Shown one piece after another: positions 25,739 through 39,048 of a DNA stretch of 64,000 nucleotides. The position numbers and the translations under genes are program-made. The notes under the pieces are model-generated. The model saw only the letters and a list, made by a program, of their open reading frames with translations. It had not been told where the DNA came from and made no database searches. Every line of letters starts with the position of its first letter. The first letter of the stretch is position 1. The stretch is from Pocillopora damicornis (Eukaryota): assembly GCF_003704095.1 (NCBI RefSeq), contig NW_020847100.1, positions 1-64,000 on the forward strand. Direction: 5' to 3'.

Positions 25739-28700
25739 TCAAGACCAAATCATGACAACGTCTCCCTGGCGTATGACCCCCATGCCATCTGTGTCTGGAG
25801 CAGCATTGATCCCAAACAGAGGGGATCTGTCATATCGTGGATCTCTATCCTCAGGAAGCCTTATTCTGGAATAAGTTGAAAAAACAAATTAAATATGCCA
25901 TAAGGTTTAGTTGATTTTGATATTCCGTGTAGTGATCACCACATGTCAAAAGAAAGGGTGAAAACTGTTGGGAATTGTCACCCACATATATGTTCTACCA
26001 ATCACCTTTCTTTCTTAAGAAAATTTAGAAGAGGAAAAGAAAACATTGAATTAAGTAACATGCTTTTTTTAAGAGCATAGCTAGATTTTGAATTTCAATT
26101 GTACCTTCGCAAAGTTTTCAAAGGCTCTTCTCCTTTTTTCTCTCCTGTTTTTGGATTAACAATTGGCAGACTGCACCTTTTAAAGAAAGATAGTTGTGAT
26201 CAATCAATATTGTAATGTCAATAATTTCTAGTTTTGTAGCAAATACAAGTTCAGTGTTTAGGAAATTATCACCTATTGAGCATTAGCTTTGAATATAAAA
26301 AATATGGCTCGTACAACATATTGAAAAGCTTACCTTGCACAGTTGTTTAGGTATCGAAACACCACATCCCCTATTTGGATTTTTCTTCCACCCTCCCATT
26401 TGTCCTGAAGAGGAATTAAAATTTTATTTTAGGTTTGACTAAAGATGGCAAAAATTTAATTACAGCTTACTAACAAGACATTTCATTTAAATGTCTGCAA
26501 ACAGTTAAGAGCCATGTCAATTGAAATTTTTCTATGAGGTGTCACATTGTAGGTCAAAATAATCATAACGAATGAAAGCATACCCTGAGTTGATCAAGCT
26601 GCATTTTTAAGAATCAGGACATTGAAATTCAAAAATTGATGTAAATGTTCATGATGATTTTATGACCACAGCTATAAAGAGGTAAGGTGAAAATTGGTTT
26701 GTTGAAAAACTGACCTCCTCAAATGCATTTAAGCCATTGACCACAATGTTAGGCCTGAATCGTTCCATTTCCAAAGGTAATGAAAGTTCTTGATTCAGTG
26801 AAGCCAAGCAAGCTTCAGCAAGAATCATGTATGGAGCAAAATCCCCAAATGTTGCCTGTTAATTTAAGACAAAAAGTAAACTGATCTGGCAAAGATTTAA
26901 TGTCAAAATATACATAACACATGCCATACTTAATTCTTTCCTCCCTGAACACTTAAATTATCATCAAAACTTCAAGATCTGTTTTTTTCTTGAAAAAGCA
27001 CCCATGCTCTAATAAGGGCCCTCCCTCGAATAAGCATCCTCCCTCAGCTATAATGTCAAACAAGTGCCCTGCAGCTCCTCCCTTACACCTCTCTCAATTT
27101 CTTAATAGTAGGGATACAAGGAAAACCTGTGTCTGTCACCACTTCATTTATAAACTTTTAGGCTTAATCTACAGCAGAATCAGCACAGAGGAAAAACCAC
27201 AGGCCACCCAGAGAAGAGAAGCTTCTCCTATGTACATAGTAAACCTTGAAATGGATAACATGCTAAAACGGGTTCTTTCCAACATGGTAAGCAGTCAGAT
27301 AACAAGCAATGCACTGTGGAGGTCAGATGAGGTAATTTTATTAAGAATTTGGCTGTGTTTTTTTGTTCCTAAAAGCAGTCATAAATATTCCATACAAACT
27401 CTTATAATTTTGCAATGACTCCCATTTTGTAAGATGATCATCTGACCGCTGGAGCCTGGGCTTCCTGTGGTATAACAGGTGCCCGATTGATTAAGTACCC
27501 TCCTTCCAATGAGCACTTTTTACATAAGCACCTGGCAATGATTTGAAGAAATTTGGAAGTATTTTATAATCTCTTTAATAAGTCTTAAAAACTTTCCAAA
27601 TCACCTAAAAAGAAACTAAACAATAGTAAGTTTGATTAATTAGATTCCAAAGAGATGGCATTAACTACTATCAGTAAAAGAAAAAAGAAACTCTGTTTCA
27701 TTACCTGGTCTCCAGCCTCTCCAATGTCACTCCATTCATCATGTGTCCTTATCACTCGAGTCCTGGACAACTTGTACATCTTATAACCAGGTTTATTCAT
27801 GTATTTAGAAAACCACTCTGAGGCTTCATCTCCTACATACTGGCCCTCTCCTTCCATTCCAAATATTCTGTGTGGTTTGTGAAAATAATTATTTACTATA
27901 ATACATTATTTTAAGGTGTTGGAAGAATGATGAGTAGATTAGGTATGTACATAACCAATTTTAAATTAAGAATTATTACAAATATTTTAAATGCACTCAC
28001 TTTATTCGTTTGAATTCCCTTTGATCCACTGGTAGCTGTATTTCCAGTTTCAACATTTCCATTCCAGGAGCATTCAGGCAAAGATATCTGCCATCCTCAA
28101 AATGAGGAACAACAAGCGCTAATTTTGGATCTTTTCGCTGTGTAATGAAGTTCCCTTTTGCATCCAGAACGATCCAATNNNNNNNNNNNNNNNNNNNNNN
28201 NNNNNNNNNNNNNNNNNNNNNNNNNNNNNNNNNNNNNNNNNNNNNNNNNNNNNNNNNNNNNNNNNNNNNNNNNNNNNNNNNNNNNNNNNNNNNNNNNNNN
28301 NNNNNNNNNNNNNNNNNNNNNNNNNNNNNNNNNNNNNNNNNNNNNNNNNNNNNNNNNNNNNNNNNNNNNNNNNNAGAATGCCGAGGTGTCACGCAAATGC
28401 AATCTTTGCTTGTCACGTTCCGATGTTGACCATACCGGTCGATATTAGACACTAATACATAGCTTTCTAAAATACCGCTTTCTTTTCTTTGTTGTTGTTT
28501 GTTTTTGTCTTTGTTTGTTTGCTTGTTTGTTTTCTCGGAGAAAACGGATCAACTGATGGAGAAAGTTGCGTAATAACCGACCCTGTTGTGACATCACTTC
28601 AAAACAAACCTGGGGTTGAATTGGCACAATGCCAGTATTATAATCATTTTATTTTATTGATTTAAGTAACTAGGAAATTCAATGCGAACCGTGTTAAATA

Positions 28701-29558
28701 AATTAACAACTTAAACGTTGTACTCTAAACATGCAGCACCGGCAGCATTTGAGATCGAAGAGACCAAGTTGTTTTCATGGAACGAAATAATACCTTATAC
28801 GTCCCAAAGTTCAGTGTAATTTGATCTCTGATTTTATCGGTTTATTTAATCGTTGCACACGAATTTCGAAGATATTCATTTTCCAATGCTTTCATGTACC
28901 GCGTTTTCGATGCTTCCATTGCCATCTCCTATATTTGCTTCTATCTACCGTGTATCGATTACTGTATGCATAATCTCCTACTGTTGTTTTATTGCAGGTT
29001 GTTACAGTCACGCGATTCGAACAATCGATCTCTAGTGTACTTATCGTCCGCCACGAACGTTTAGAAGAAACTAGTCGAGCCCTAGCAAACTGAGGAAGTT
29101 CTAATCTACCCATACGATGATTTGTTTTTTCTTTTTTGAATAAGAGTAATCCCAGGTCAGAAGTTTTGTTTTGCGTGCAATGTGCACGGTTGACCGAATA
29201 ATTAGAACCAAGAACTACCTGAATTTGACAGCGCGTCGAATCAAATCAGTCGCACCTTGTAGATATTTCCAGAAAACGAATATAAAGAGGTACAAGGCTT
29301 TGAGATAAACTTTTTGAGGTAAAGAAGAAATCTAGAACTTAAATTTCACCTGTCATACTCCATTCCTTCTTTGAAACATTTGACGCTGTCCATACGGATA
29401 CCTTTGCATGATTTCACCGGGTAGACGAACAGACCAGTAACACTCCCCACTTCCTTAAAGGAGCGACTTTTCACATGCTGTTTCCACCAAAGTGCAGCGA
29501 TGCCTGCTAAAGTTACAACAGGCAAACCAATCAACAGATATTTGGATTGTGGAACCAT
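25739..29558 (-). CDS. MTARC: mARC paralog C
   Basis: Exons approx. 29558-29350, (gap)28178-28001, 27867-27705, 26856-26716, 26404-26334, 26177-26105 and 25865-25739. Motifs: VYPVKSCKG, TQRKDPKL, TFGDFAPY, RFRPN, NCAR|CSLPIVNP, RYDRSPLFG. Confidence 0.92.
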
Positions 29559-30606
29559 CTTGTATTGACCTCGAATTCAGACGCAAGCTCAGGGTAAAAG
29601 CACCGGCTGGTGGGGTGGTGAATCGGAGGGCATGGGCGAGATTGGATTTAATTTGTCTCGAGGTGGGTAGGAGGGGTGGGGAGAGGGTGAGTGATAAATG
29701 GGCTGGCCTTGGTTTTGAGATTTCCCCTCATAATTTTTTTGATTTAGAAGTGTTGACCAGTTACCGAGGTTTCCGTTACCCGTTTGAAACGTAACTGGGT
29801 ACAGAGCGGGTGCTTTTGTTTTGTTTTATGATGGACAAAGTGCAATGTATGGTCTTACAATCCTACAGCAATTAATGAGCTCCTGTTTACAGATAAATCA
29901 TTCAGGAAAACATTTAAAAAAAGCGAATAGTTGACGTTCATTTTGAAAATCTTTTAATTTCTTCAAAGGCCAACCCCAGAAGACCAAATATATGTAAATG
30001 TTTGCTTTTGGATCACGTCACCCCACCTACCTTTCCATCCCTTCCCGACTGGAGGAGACACGGATGCATGAACCCCATTACTTGCTTTCCATTTCCGGGA
30101 AACAAAAATTCCAAATTTTCTTGGTTCTGGGCATGAGTTGGCATATGTGCACTATCAAGACAGCATGTTTATTGACTTGAAGCAATTCAGTACGAAGAAG
30201 GAAAAGTAAAATCACAACTATTTATCTATTCAATTTTCCTATTTACTCTTACACGGGGTAGACGATTGATTGTGTGAAGACGTGTTTGAGGATCTTGAGA
30301 AACACTGTTCTTGACGGCTTAAAATAAATCCTAAAGTATCTTATCTGTTTGTCTTTTATTTGACCGAGAGACAAAAGGAGAGAAGAGGCTGTTAACATTG
30401 ATGTATGTCAGGTCTCAAGAATGCATGAAGCTCTGTCCAGGCTGCGTTTCGTTATGTTTACCCAGAACAAGAGAAAATAGTTAATTGATAATTAATAGTC
30501 ATTTTCCCTTGTCCAGAAGTAACGATAGCGTCACGCAACTGTACCATATCGCCCGGACGTGACATAAACGTTACGCAAAATTCACGCAAATCGACAACGT
30601 TACAAT

Positions 30607-33600
30607 ATGGGCTCATTTCATTCACGATTGTGGAAAATTGCTCTTCCCGTTTCGTTGCCTTTACTTGCATTTGCGTATCTTCGTTGGAGGCAAATGCAAG
30701 TGAAAAAGATCGAACTATTTAGGCAAGTAGGTTATGTGTCCGGGCTATTTATCTATCCCGTCAAATCATGCGCAGGAATTGAGCTGGAAAATGCTATGTG
30801 TTTTACAGAAGGCATACAATTTGACAGGTATATTGAATTCATTAGATCATCCCCATTGCACCGTGTTTATTTATGTTTGCTTTTGTGATATTGACTCTTA
30901 CAAGTTGTTTTTCAATGACCACTTATTCCTTCATAAAGCGACTGATGACAATCGAAAACAATATCCCTCTAGTTAACACAGCTCACGCGCAAACAAGTTA
31001 TCCAAAAGATCCTTGATTTAAAAAAAATTATAATGAAAAGAAAACCAATGAAAGTAAATGGAAATCCACGAGATCCGAAAACCACACAACCCTGCGGCAT
31101 TGGCTTTTAATGATCTCCAATCTCAATCGATTAATTGTTGAGACTATCGTTTGTTGTCATTGATTGTTATTGGTTACCATTGAAAACGCAAAGCAATCTG
31201 TAGTTAAATGGAAACTTTTGGCTCTCTCTCACAGGAATTGGGTGGTAGTAGACCGAAATGATAAGTACCTTACTTCGGTGGACAAACCAGTGTTGGCCCA
31301 AGTGGTTCCACACTTTGAAGATGGCAAACTTTGTCTCAATGCCCCTAGTATGGACACTCTGAGAATTCCTATTCAGCTGGACACTAAGGAGTTTAAAGAC
31401 CTCAAGTATTAAACTTTACCTTTATTGTACAATATTCTTGCAGAAGTTCACATTTCTTGGATTTGTTAATGCACTCAAAATCGGCAATCTCTCTAAGATT
31501 CGTGAAGACCCCTGTATAATTAGTTCAGGATCAATATCAACCTTGTACATGTAATTGGCTCATTCATGGATGATGATGATGATGATGACAAATATTATAA
31601 TTATCATCAATATTATTATATTATGATCATTAAAATATGATCCTGAATGCATTATTCATGACTAACTTTAGGGTACTGAGAATCTCATCCAAGAGTTGCT
31701 ATGTTGGAGATGAAGCTTCTTTATGGTTTTCAACTTTGCTGAACAAACCAGGCTGCAAAATGTATCAAATTCATGAACCCCGAGATTCCACAAAAGATAC
31801 AAAATGGGGCAATCTAGCATCACCGGGAGACAAGGTAGGTTCAGAAATTGTCCATTTTTGTTCTGGTTTGTCAAACTGTGAAATTCAGGTACCAACTTGA
31901 TTTTTAGATACTTCAGTTGAAAGGGTATGTGGCAAACAGGCAAACAAGCTACCTGAAAGACCTCAGGTAGATTGTTATATTGTTGGTTCAAATGGTCTAT
32001 TCCTTGTGAAACACAGGAGATGGTCTCAACAAGGTGATAGTTTTCATGGCTTATGGTTAAAATTTTGACCATTAACTTTCTCCCTTTTAAAAGAAAACAA
32101 AATTGTGGTATAATTTTTTTTCAACTGTTGGTTAAAATTTTTCAATTTTTACACCTAGCAGCTGAATTTTTGAGATAATAGTTACAGCGTATTTAAGGAG
32201 AGGGGGGTGGAAAGAAGTTTTGAGGTAAGGGGTAAGAGGGGGAGAGGAAGTGAGGGGTTGTTACATGCAGCCTTTTGAATGTGAACTTTATAAAATTTAA
32301 TTGAACAGGTTCTTTGGGTAAAACCCTTGCAAACCTTTGATAAACTGATAGCTTTTACTTCTTATTTTCCCCTAAGTTTATAGCTTTTCAATCAATAGAA
32401 GCATTTTAGTCACTGAGAACCTCACCCTTCAATCTTGCGAAATCTTATCATCTCCAATAATACTAGAGCTCAGTAAACTTTTCTATTGGCTTTTCTATCA
32501 ACTTTTCTATCAGCTTATTTGCGTTTTAGTCTATGCCATGAGTTTTCAGCACTGACAATAATTTTTTCACCTAAAATCATTTACTGGTAATTATGATTAG
32601 ATTATATCAAATTGACCAATTTGTGTCTTATTTTGGCTATACAAGAGGTGTTCAGCACAGCGTTTTTTTCACCCAAGACCATTTATCTTTAATTGTAATT
32701 AAATTATACCAAATAAATGTTGTAGAATTTAGAGTTCAATATCAATATCTGAGTAAGTTCTGCACACCTACCCCTCTCCTGGCCTAACAATAAAGCCAAT
32801 TAATTTTGTTTTCAGTTGTTTGTTGTTGGATCAGGGGAGGGGTAGGTGTGTAGTCTCTGATACTGATATATTGATCACAATTCAGTTTCACTCTCTCTTT
32901 AAATGTTCTTATTGGGTAGGTGGGTTATGCAAGTTTTGCAGCATATCATATGACTACAGAGTCATCACTAGTGGAACTGAATGGGATTTTGAAATCCCCC
33001 ATTGGGATGGATAGATTCCGTGCTAATGTTATCATTGGGGGCACTGAGCCTTTTGCCGAGGTTTGTTACTTTAATGAATTTAAATTTCCTGTCCCAGATT
33101 TTTTCCTTTGTAACTATATTACAACAAAGTCAACTCTTTACAGTGAACATCAGTATGCACATTCTCCTTACTGTTCTCTATACATTACATAAGATTTGAA
33201 CAAGGAGAATTTGTTTAACAATCAAGAGCTTCTGTAGGTTGTCATCATTTCCTTTATTCTCATAACCTTAATGTCTGATACAGTGGTGATAAATTGTAAG
33301 GAGAAATTAGATGCTTGTCACTCTGAGGGGTTAAAGGGTTAACCCTTTACACTCAAACATCAGTAAGCATGTTCTGCATAATGTTTACCATACGTTTTCT
33401 AAGGTGCTGTCTAGGTGAATTTGTGGAACGATCAAAAGCTTCTTTAGTTTGTGGTCAATTCCTTTATTCTTGTGACCTTATTGTTTGATTCCAGGGTGAT
33501 ACACCATGGAAAAATTGGTTACCAATTGCTCTTTGGGCTAAAAGGGTTAACCTGTTGACTGTCTTCTCGGGACATTATACTATCTTTTATCCTAGGAGAT

Positions 33601-35029
33601 CTGTATAAGATAAAAAATTGCATTTCAACAGTTTTGTAGAACTGCAGTGTAATGTTCAGTGCAAAACTTGTATGTTTTGGGATAGTACAGCACTCAGGGT
33701 AAGTGCATCCATGTTAGCTAATTGTAAATTATTTACTCATTTTAAGGATCATTGGCACCAAAAATATCTCAAGATAGCAGATATTAGGTTTAGAACTCTC
33801 AAGGACTGTGGAAGGTAAATATTTGTTCAAGTTTTCAAGAAGTAGATGAGGTTGCATGAGCTTTGTTGCCTTGGGTAAGATGCCTATGACTTGGGCTCGA
33901 ACTCAGAATCACTAAGCAGATATGGAGTTTGATGTTTAAAATGGAAAAGTATGCCAGCATTTTCCTGGAGGCCATCACTAGTCTCACTTATTATAAACCA
34001 AATTTTGTCAAATAAACACCTGGGTGCAAAATTTCAGCTCATAAGGAGGGGTGCTTATTCTGAAGAAGGGCACTTAATGGAGAGGGGGGGCTTGTTGAGA
34101 AAGTATTAGCCTGTACTGATCCTGCTGTATTTGAAGCTTAAAATGTTAACTTAAATTGGCAATAGAAACAGGTCTCCTCTGTATCCCCACTGTTTAAGAA
34201 AGGTACTTGTACTTGGTACTCAATGGCTAAGGGGGTTGGCACTTAAAAAGAGCAATGGAGGAGAACCATATTCTGTATGTTCAATGAGTTATTCAACATT
34301 GTTTTCCAAAGATGTACCCAGATCACCATAGATCCTGAAACTGGGATAAAGAATGGACTTGAACCACTCTCAACTTTGAGAAGGTGAACCAACAAATTAT
34401 TTTCCTTTTACTCAATATCATTATTGTGAAACTTGTTACTTCATTGCACTTGACCAAGGGCATGGCACAATTCCTGGAAGTGTTAAACATTCCTTGTGGA
34501 ATTCAAGAGTTTTCAACTTTATGTTGATGTGTCAGCTGTGATCAATAGGGTTAAAATGTAATTGTTTTTCCTCCTCTACCAATGTTTGCAAACAAGGACC
34601 ATATTCCTTTGTCATTGTGGAATCAGAGAAAAATTGTGACCAACAATTCTCAAGTAACCCAGTGAAAGAAATTTAATCCAAATGAGAAACTAATTTGATA
34701 ATAAGTCAACCTGAATCAATGTCACTATATGAGCAATTAGGCACCTACCCCTCCCCTAACCCAACATCAACCCTAACTTGTTATCAGTTAACTGGTGTTG
34801 GGTTAGGGGAGGGGTGAAAAATCCAGTTTTAATTCATTTTTCTATTGCTCTGGGTATAAAGATCATACTGAGGAGAAATGATCAAGGAAGCATCTTATTT
34901 CTCTCTAGGACAAGATTGCCTCAAGACAGAGACCCAAGACATGGTAACGCTCCTTTCTTTGGGATTCAAATGGCTCCAGACTGTGAAGGAAATATCAAGC
35001 TTGGAGACCCTGTGTTTATCTCCTGTTGA
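30607..35029 (+). CDS. MTARC: mARC paralog D (most divergent)
   Basis: Exons approx. 30607-30827, 31235-31405, 31672-31834, 32920-33060, 33747-33815, 34312-34383 and 34909-35029. Motifs: IYPVKSCAG, DRNW, RFRAN, DCGR|CTQITIDP, PFFG. Confidence 0.9.
33135..33550. mobile_element. Two adjacent TTAA-flanked MITEs sharing one TTAA
   Basis: The junction reads ttaaagggTTAAccctttac at 33331-33350, and the second element ends aaagggttaa at 33550. Confidence 0.75.
34740..34820. repeat. Short palindromic MITE (acctacccctcccctaaccc...gggttaggggagggg)
   Basis: The arms are inverted repeats. Related copies lie at 23870-23965 and 32755-32860. Confidence 0.65.
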
Positions 35030-36548
35030 TCAATCTTTAGAGGGGGAATAGATTAGAGGGGAGAGGGGGTTTTGTTTATCAAATGTGAAATATGACTGGG
35101 GGGGTGGGGGAGCAGTGAGTGTCATATGTGAAATATGCTACATCAAGCTGCAAATGGGAAGCCCAATCAGGGCAGTACTTCAACCAATATTGTTTTGAAT
35201 TCTTTTCTAATCAACAGAAAAACAGTCTTACTTTTCATGCACATTCAATATGCTATCACGCAAGCTGGGAAAACTGGGTCATGTTAACTCTGCCACTCCA
35301 GTAACCTTCCCAAAAATTATCAAAAAAAGAATTCAGAGTTATTCTCTCCTGTCAAGTCCATCTCTTTCCATTTTGTTCTTAAATTTTTTATTTATTCAAT
35401 GACTATTATGCAAGATTAATGCCAAATCATATGACAATGGATCATTTTGATCAAATTGTCTTTAGCAAGAGACAATTAAGTTCTGCTGTTTCATGAAGAT
35501 TCTGTGAAAATGAAAGTGGAACAAGTAAAATCCTAAATTTTTATTTTTTAAGTCGACGAAAATTTGTATTTAACAGGGTACTCCCTAGTATTTAATCAAT
35601 AGCACTTTACTGATCTGGAGCATATCTGAGTACAATGAAACTTTGTTAAAAGGTATGAGATTGTATCAATAAATGTATCATATCTGATCACTATTATTAA
35701 TACTCTTTTTCTTATTTAACCCCTTACTCCTAGAAGTGATAAACATGTAACTTCTCCCTAAAAAATCCAAACATTACCCAGCAAACAGGTAATGAGAATA
35801 CTCAAACTTATCAGTTAGAGGTTATCTTGATCTAACACCAAATTCTCATAACATATTTACAAATAGACGTGTTGTAGCTGAAGGGGGGAGATAACAATCA
35901 GATCTTAAAGGGTTACAGGGTTATTGGTTAGTACACACAAGCACCACCCAACAAAATCTGCTTACCTAACAGAGGAATAAACTTGCTTTAGACACCTGGA
36001 GAGTATTTTTCTCATGTGCAATTGGTTGTTTGGGGTTAATTGCCAGCCACAAGAAATTTGGAATGGCAGTTTTCTGAGGATTGGTCCCTCTTTGAAGCAA
36101 TTAGCCACATATAAATGGTTTATTCTCAAAATTTACTATCATGGTTAATCATTAATGACAGGTTATTGCTGTTTTTAACGCCTACTGGTGTAGGCCATCA
36201 CTGCCTTAAATCAAATCAACGAGTAAATAAGCCATCTATTTCACCTCCTTCTAATTGCAAAACCACACACAGATCAAAACCAAAATGTGCAACCATCATG
36301 AATATTTAAGTTCAAATGGTACTGGCTCCATAGTAGTAGTTGTAGAGATCTTCAAACATATAACACACTTTGAAACAGTACTTTTTACTCAAGTTAGTGA
36401 AGTATAAAAAGGGATTAACAAGAAACAACCCCTGAAAAACTGTTCCTTTCCAGACAACGAGTTGGATTTTCAAGATGGCACACAATATTAGGATCTTGCA
36501 CAGAAGTAAACTTGGAAGTGGTATCAATTGTTAAAATCCTTTAAAAAG

Positions 36549-38757
36549 TTACTCTATAAGCTTCTTGGCAATAAAGAATCGTCGCAAGTAGAAAAGTTGC
36601 CATGTTGCTAGACCAAAGAGACACAAAATGGAGAAAATACTGAAGTATAACACTCTAGAATAAGTAGATTCTGCAAAGTAAAAACAAAAATACCTAATTA
36701 GAACTGAGTAAGAAGTAACTTCTCCCTATAACATAGAAGAAAGTTCTCGTAACTGATTAAGGAAATTTGTAGCAGTTAGAGGGATGAATGAACAATCAGA
36801 TGTCTGCAGTAGGAAGGTTCAGTGCATTGTGATTTACCTTTTGACATGAGTCTGTTTTTGTGTATGAACAGGAGCTTATTATATCACAAAAAAACTAAGA
36901 CAGAAATTATCCAATACAAACTTCACAGACACTCCATAACAAAGAAAAACCAAATGTGCAGGTATATCTGTTAGCAGTAGTAGTATTTGTAGAGATATTT
37001 GCCTAAATTTAAATTGATCAACATTATTCTCCACTGAAGCTTAATCAATGAAGACAAAGAAAAGGAAACCATAAACAGAAAATACTGTATATCTGACTAT
37101 AAAATAAAAGAAACACCTTTTAAGGTGTCCATACTTTAGAAAGCAAGTTCAAGTTCCTTACCATTGGTATCTCTCATCTCTTGTTCCCTTTGCCTCATGT
37201 AAGCAAAATCATTTACAATAGCATCACCTAAATCTTCCAGCCTCTTGAGTTCCACTTCCATGGGCTTGAGCTTTTCAGCCTTTGCCAACTATTTTTTGGG
37301 AAAAACAAGAAGTCAGCTAATGATTTACAATATCTACTTTATCCCAAAGAAGCATTTCCCACTGATGAGATAAAGTCAGCTTTGGTAGTTTTAGTACTGA
37401 ATGCAGCATGATTCTAATTTCTTGTTGGTTTAAAACTTTGAACACAATTCAATTGTACTTACTTCTGTCTTGCATTCTTAACCAATAATAAATAAATCAT
37501 GAGGGTGTTAGGCACACTTTTTTTCCAGAGCAATTTATTTGAAAGAAGGACCATTTTGTTCAAAGGAGGAGATTCATAACATTATCAAATAGAAACAAAA
37601 GGGAAGTCTACAAACATTTAACAGTAATAATAGCTTACATCTTCATAATTCTTTGCTTCTACTCCATGCTTCACACTCAAGAAAACCTCACGATCAATTC
37701 CTCCTCCGGCTGTCCCTGTAATTTAGTAGAAAAGAGACAAAAAAGGTGTATTAACATTTTTTTGAGTGAATTGCCATCCCTTTTTATCTACACATACTTT
37801 TAACAGAGACTTAATGTAATATTTCTAAATACATATACCTGAGCAGACCACTAAGTAATCAAATTGCTCTGGGTTTGAGATCAAAGTTAAGGTTATTATT
37901 GATCAAGTTATAAATAATGTGCACATGTAAACCTCAACAGTGCTTTGGAGAGACCCAAGTGCAACTGTTGAAATACATTAATGGCATCATCAAGTTCAAG
38001 GAATATGAAAATCTTGCTCTCAAAATTTTTTCTTTACATGGATATGAATATTACTTTCTGTAGAAAAAATCTGTTTGTTCATTGTATCGCAGTTATAAGA
38101 ATGAATGAACGTTTAATCATTTGTCTCATGATGAGCAATCAAAATCAATATTTAAGACTCAAGGCACTTGAAGAGAGTAACTCTTAATCAGAAGGGCAAG
38201 GAATTATCCTTCCCTTATGACATTTTCTCTCCCTTAGCATTTGCCTTATCTCGTGCAAAATTCAATGCCGTATCATTGATAGTGTACCTTCACTTTCTAG
38301 GCAAACTTTATACATATCGTAGTCGTCCGTTGTAAAAGCAAATTTCCCCTTGCTTGCATCTTCTCTCTTGTATAAGACATGTCCAGTTGAATCACTCACC
38401 TACAAAAATTAAAGGGGATCGTACATTCATGAAAACCCTTTAGCATCGATCTACCATGCACATAATGCACGAGATTAACCTGCGGAAATAGTTTAAAAAT
38501 AAAAGCACCACAGGCTCATAGATAGAGGCCATATGCAATGCAGAAATTTCTACGGTCTTCAAACCCACCGTCAAGTGCGTTTTCATGTTTGGAGCGTCCG
38601 ATAACTTATATTCACCGGTCACTAAGACATCTTTGTGTACTTCCTCTCTCAGACACTTCTCTTGTCCGGGCGGCAAAGTGAACGAAATAGAGCTTACTAA
38701 GGCAAAATATTCCAACGAAACAAAAGGTAGAACTAAGAAGATTGATAACGGACTCAT
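36549..38757 (-). CDS. TMED10: Transmembrane emp24 domain protein 10 (p24delta/TMP21)
   Basis: Exons approx. 38757-38570, 38399-38289, 37716-37639, 37289-37163 and 36671-36549. Motifs: [49 protein letters not shown], and C-terminal [13 protein letters not shown]. Confidence 0.96.
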
Positions 38758-39048
38758 TTCAGAAACGTAGAGTATTTCAAGACTAAATAAAAGTCTTGAT
38801 TTCGGGCATCAATACGGCTTTCAAAATGGAGGGCGACGTGGCATAAAGAGGGAGAAAGAAGATCCGGGAATTCTTTTGTTTGATGCAGACCGCTGATCAA
38901 GCACGGGCAATTAGATGAGCAGGCCTGGTTTCTAAGGAATATGCGATGTTTTGTGTCTACTTACACAACAAAGTTTCTTTAAAGGTGAGCTTCTCAGGAG
39001 GGTGAAATTTTGCGATCGAGAGTCAGAATTGTCCTAATTTTTTTCAAG
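38758..39048. promoter_or_regulatory. Bidirectional promoter TMED10/ATP6V1D
   Basis: The divergent ATGs are about 290 bp apart. A YY1-like caaaatggagg (38822) and GACGTGGCA (38835-38843) lie between them. Confidence 0.6.

Noticed and set aside
26990-27550. 142-aa ORF in a mARC-C intron
   Set aside because: It has a non-ATG start and lies in a decayed repeat with aataagc-type subterminal motifs, with no domain similarity.
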